From: Candidatus Peribacterales bacterium
GTDB taxonomy: Bacteria > Patescibacteriota > Gracilibacteria > Peribacterales > Peribacteraceae
Reading direction: 5' to 3'
Length of the DNA stretch: 64,000 nt
Assembly (NCBI GenBank): GCA_020058765.1
Contig: JAGVDM010000003.1
Coordinates: forward strand, 52,019 to 116,018
Shown: piece by piece, positions 63,985-64,000 of the stretch
Numbering within the stretch: the stretch's first letter is position 1
Layout of the letters: every line of letters starts with the position of its first letter
The notes under the pieces: model-generated
What the model saw: only the letters and a program-made list of their open reading frames with translations
What the model was told of the DNA's origin: nothing
Database searches by the model: none
Program-made: the position numbers and the translations under genes

Positions 63985-64000
63985 GCGGATGTAGCTCAGT
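63985..64000 (+). tRNA. 5' end of a tRNA (or of another leader unit), truncated by the window
   Basis: GCGGATG-TA-GCTC-AGT; the anticodon is not visible. Confidence 0.55.

Noticed and set aside
1..64000. Genetic code 25 (TGA = Gly) as in Gracilibacteria
   Set aside because: Conserved genes are uninterrupted under code 11 and several (prs, fmt, metG) end in TGA at the expected length.

Overview
A 64-kb, fairly GC-rich bacterial chromosomal segment using genetic code 11. The gene content suggests a Patescibacteria/CPR genome, most like Peregrinibacteria/Peribacteria (inference): VirB2-like pilin arrays, an orphan VirB4, a TM-fused MurF, a giant orphan protein and few SD sites. It is mostly housekeeping: rseP, comF, dut, ftsA/ftsZ, a 5'-3' exonuclease, truB, prs, ruvC, recF, rpmG, trxB, gdhA, pfkA, murL/murD, grpE, hss, murF, a FemX-like transferase, argS, nrnA, rbfA, fmt and metG. 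There are five complete tRNA genes and one tRNA 5' end cut by the window edge. The most unusual signal is non-coding. Three different tRNA genes (Val-GAC, Ile-GAT, CAT) are each preceded by ~100-nt units that copy the first 19 nt of their own tRNA up to the D-loop GG. Each unit then carries a sequence-variable but paired hairpin, an A-rich linker and a segment complementary to the cognate tRNA, and the Ile locus has two units in tandem. Also present: two integrase-free islets bounded by direct repeats (3' end of dut, 55 bp; 3' end of tRNA-CAT, 15 bp), a GTAG-type REP palindrome and a ~370-nt structured intergenic element. Many genes appear leaderless or have polypyrimidine leaders. The window also encodes a MurL/MurD2-type peptidoglycan route and an arginase plus homospermidine synthase pair. 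No rRNA, CRISPR array, transposase or integrase was seen. All protein calls are from motif recognition by eye, not database searches.
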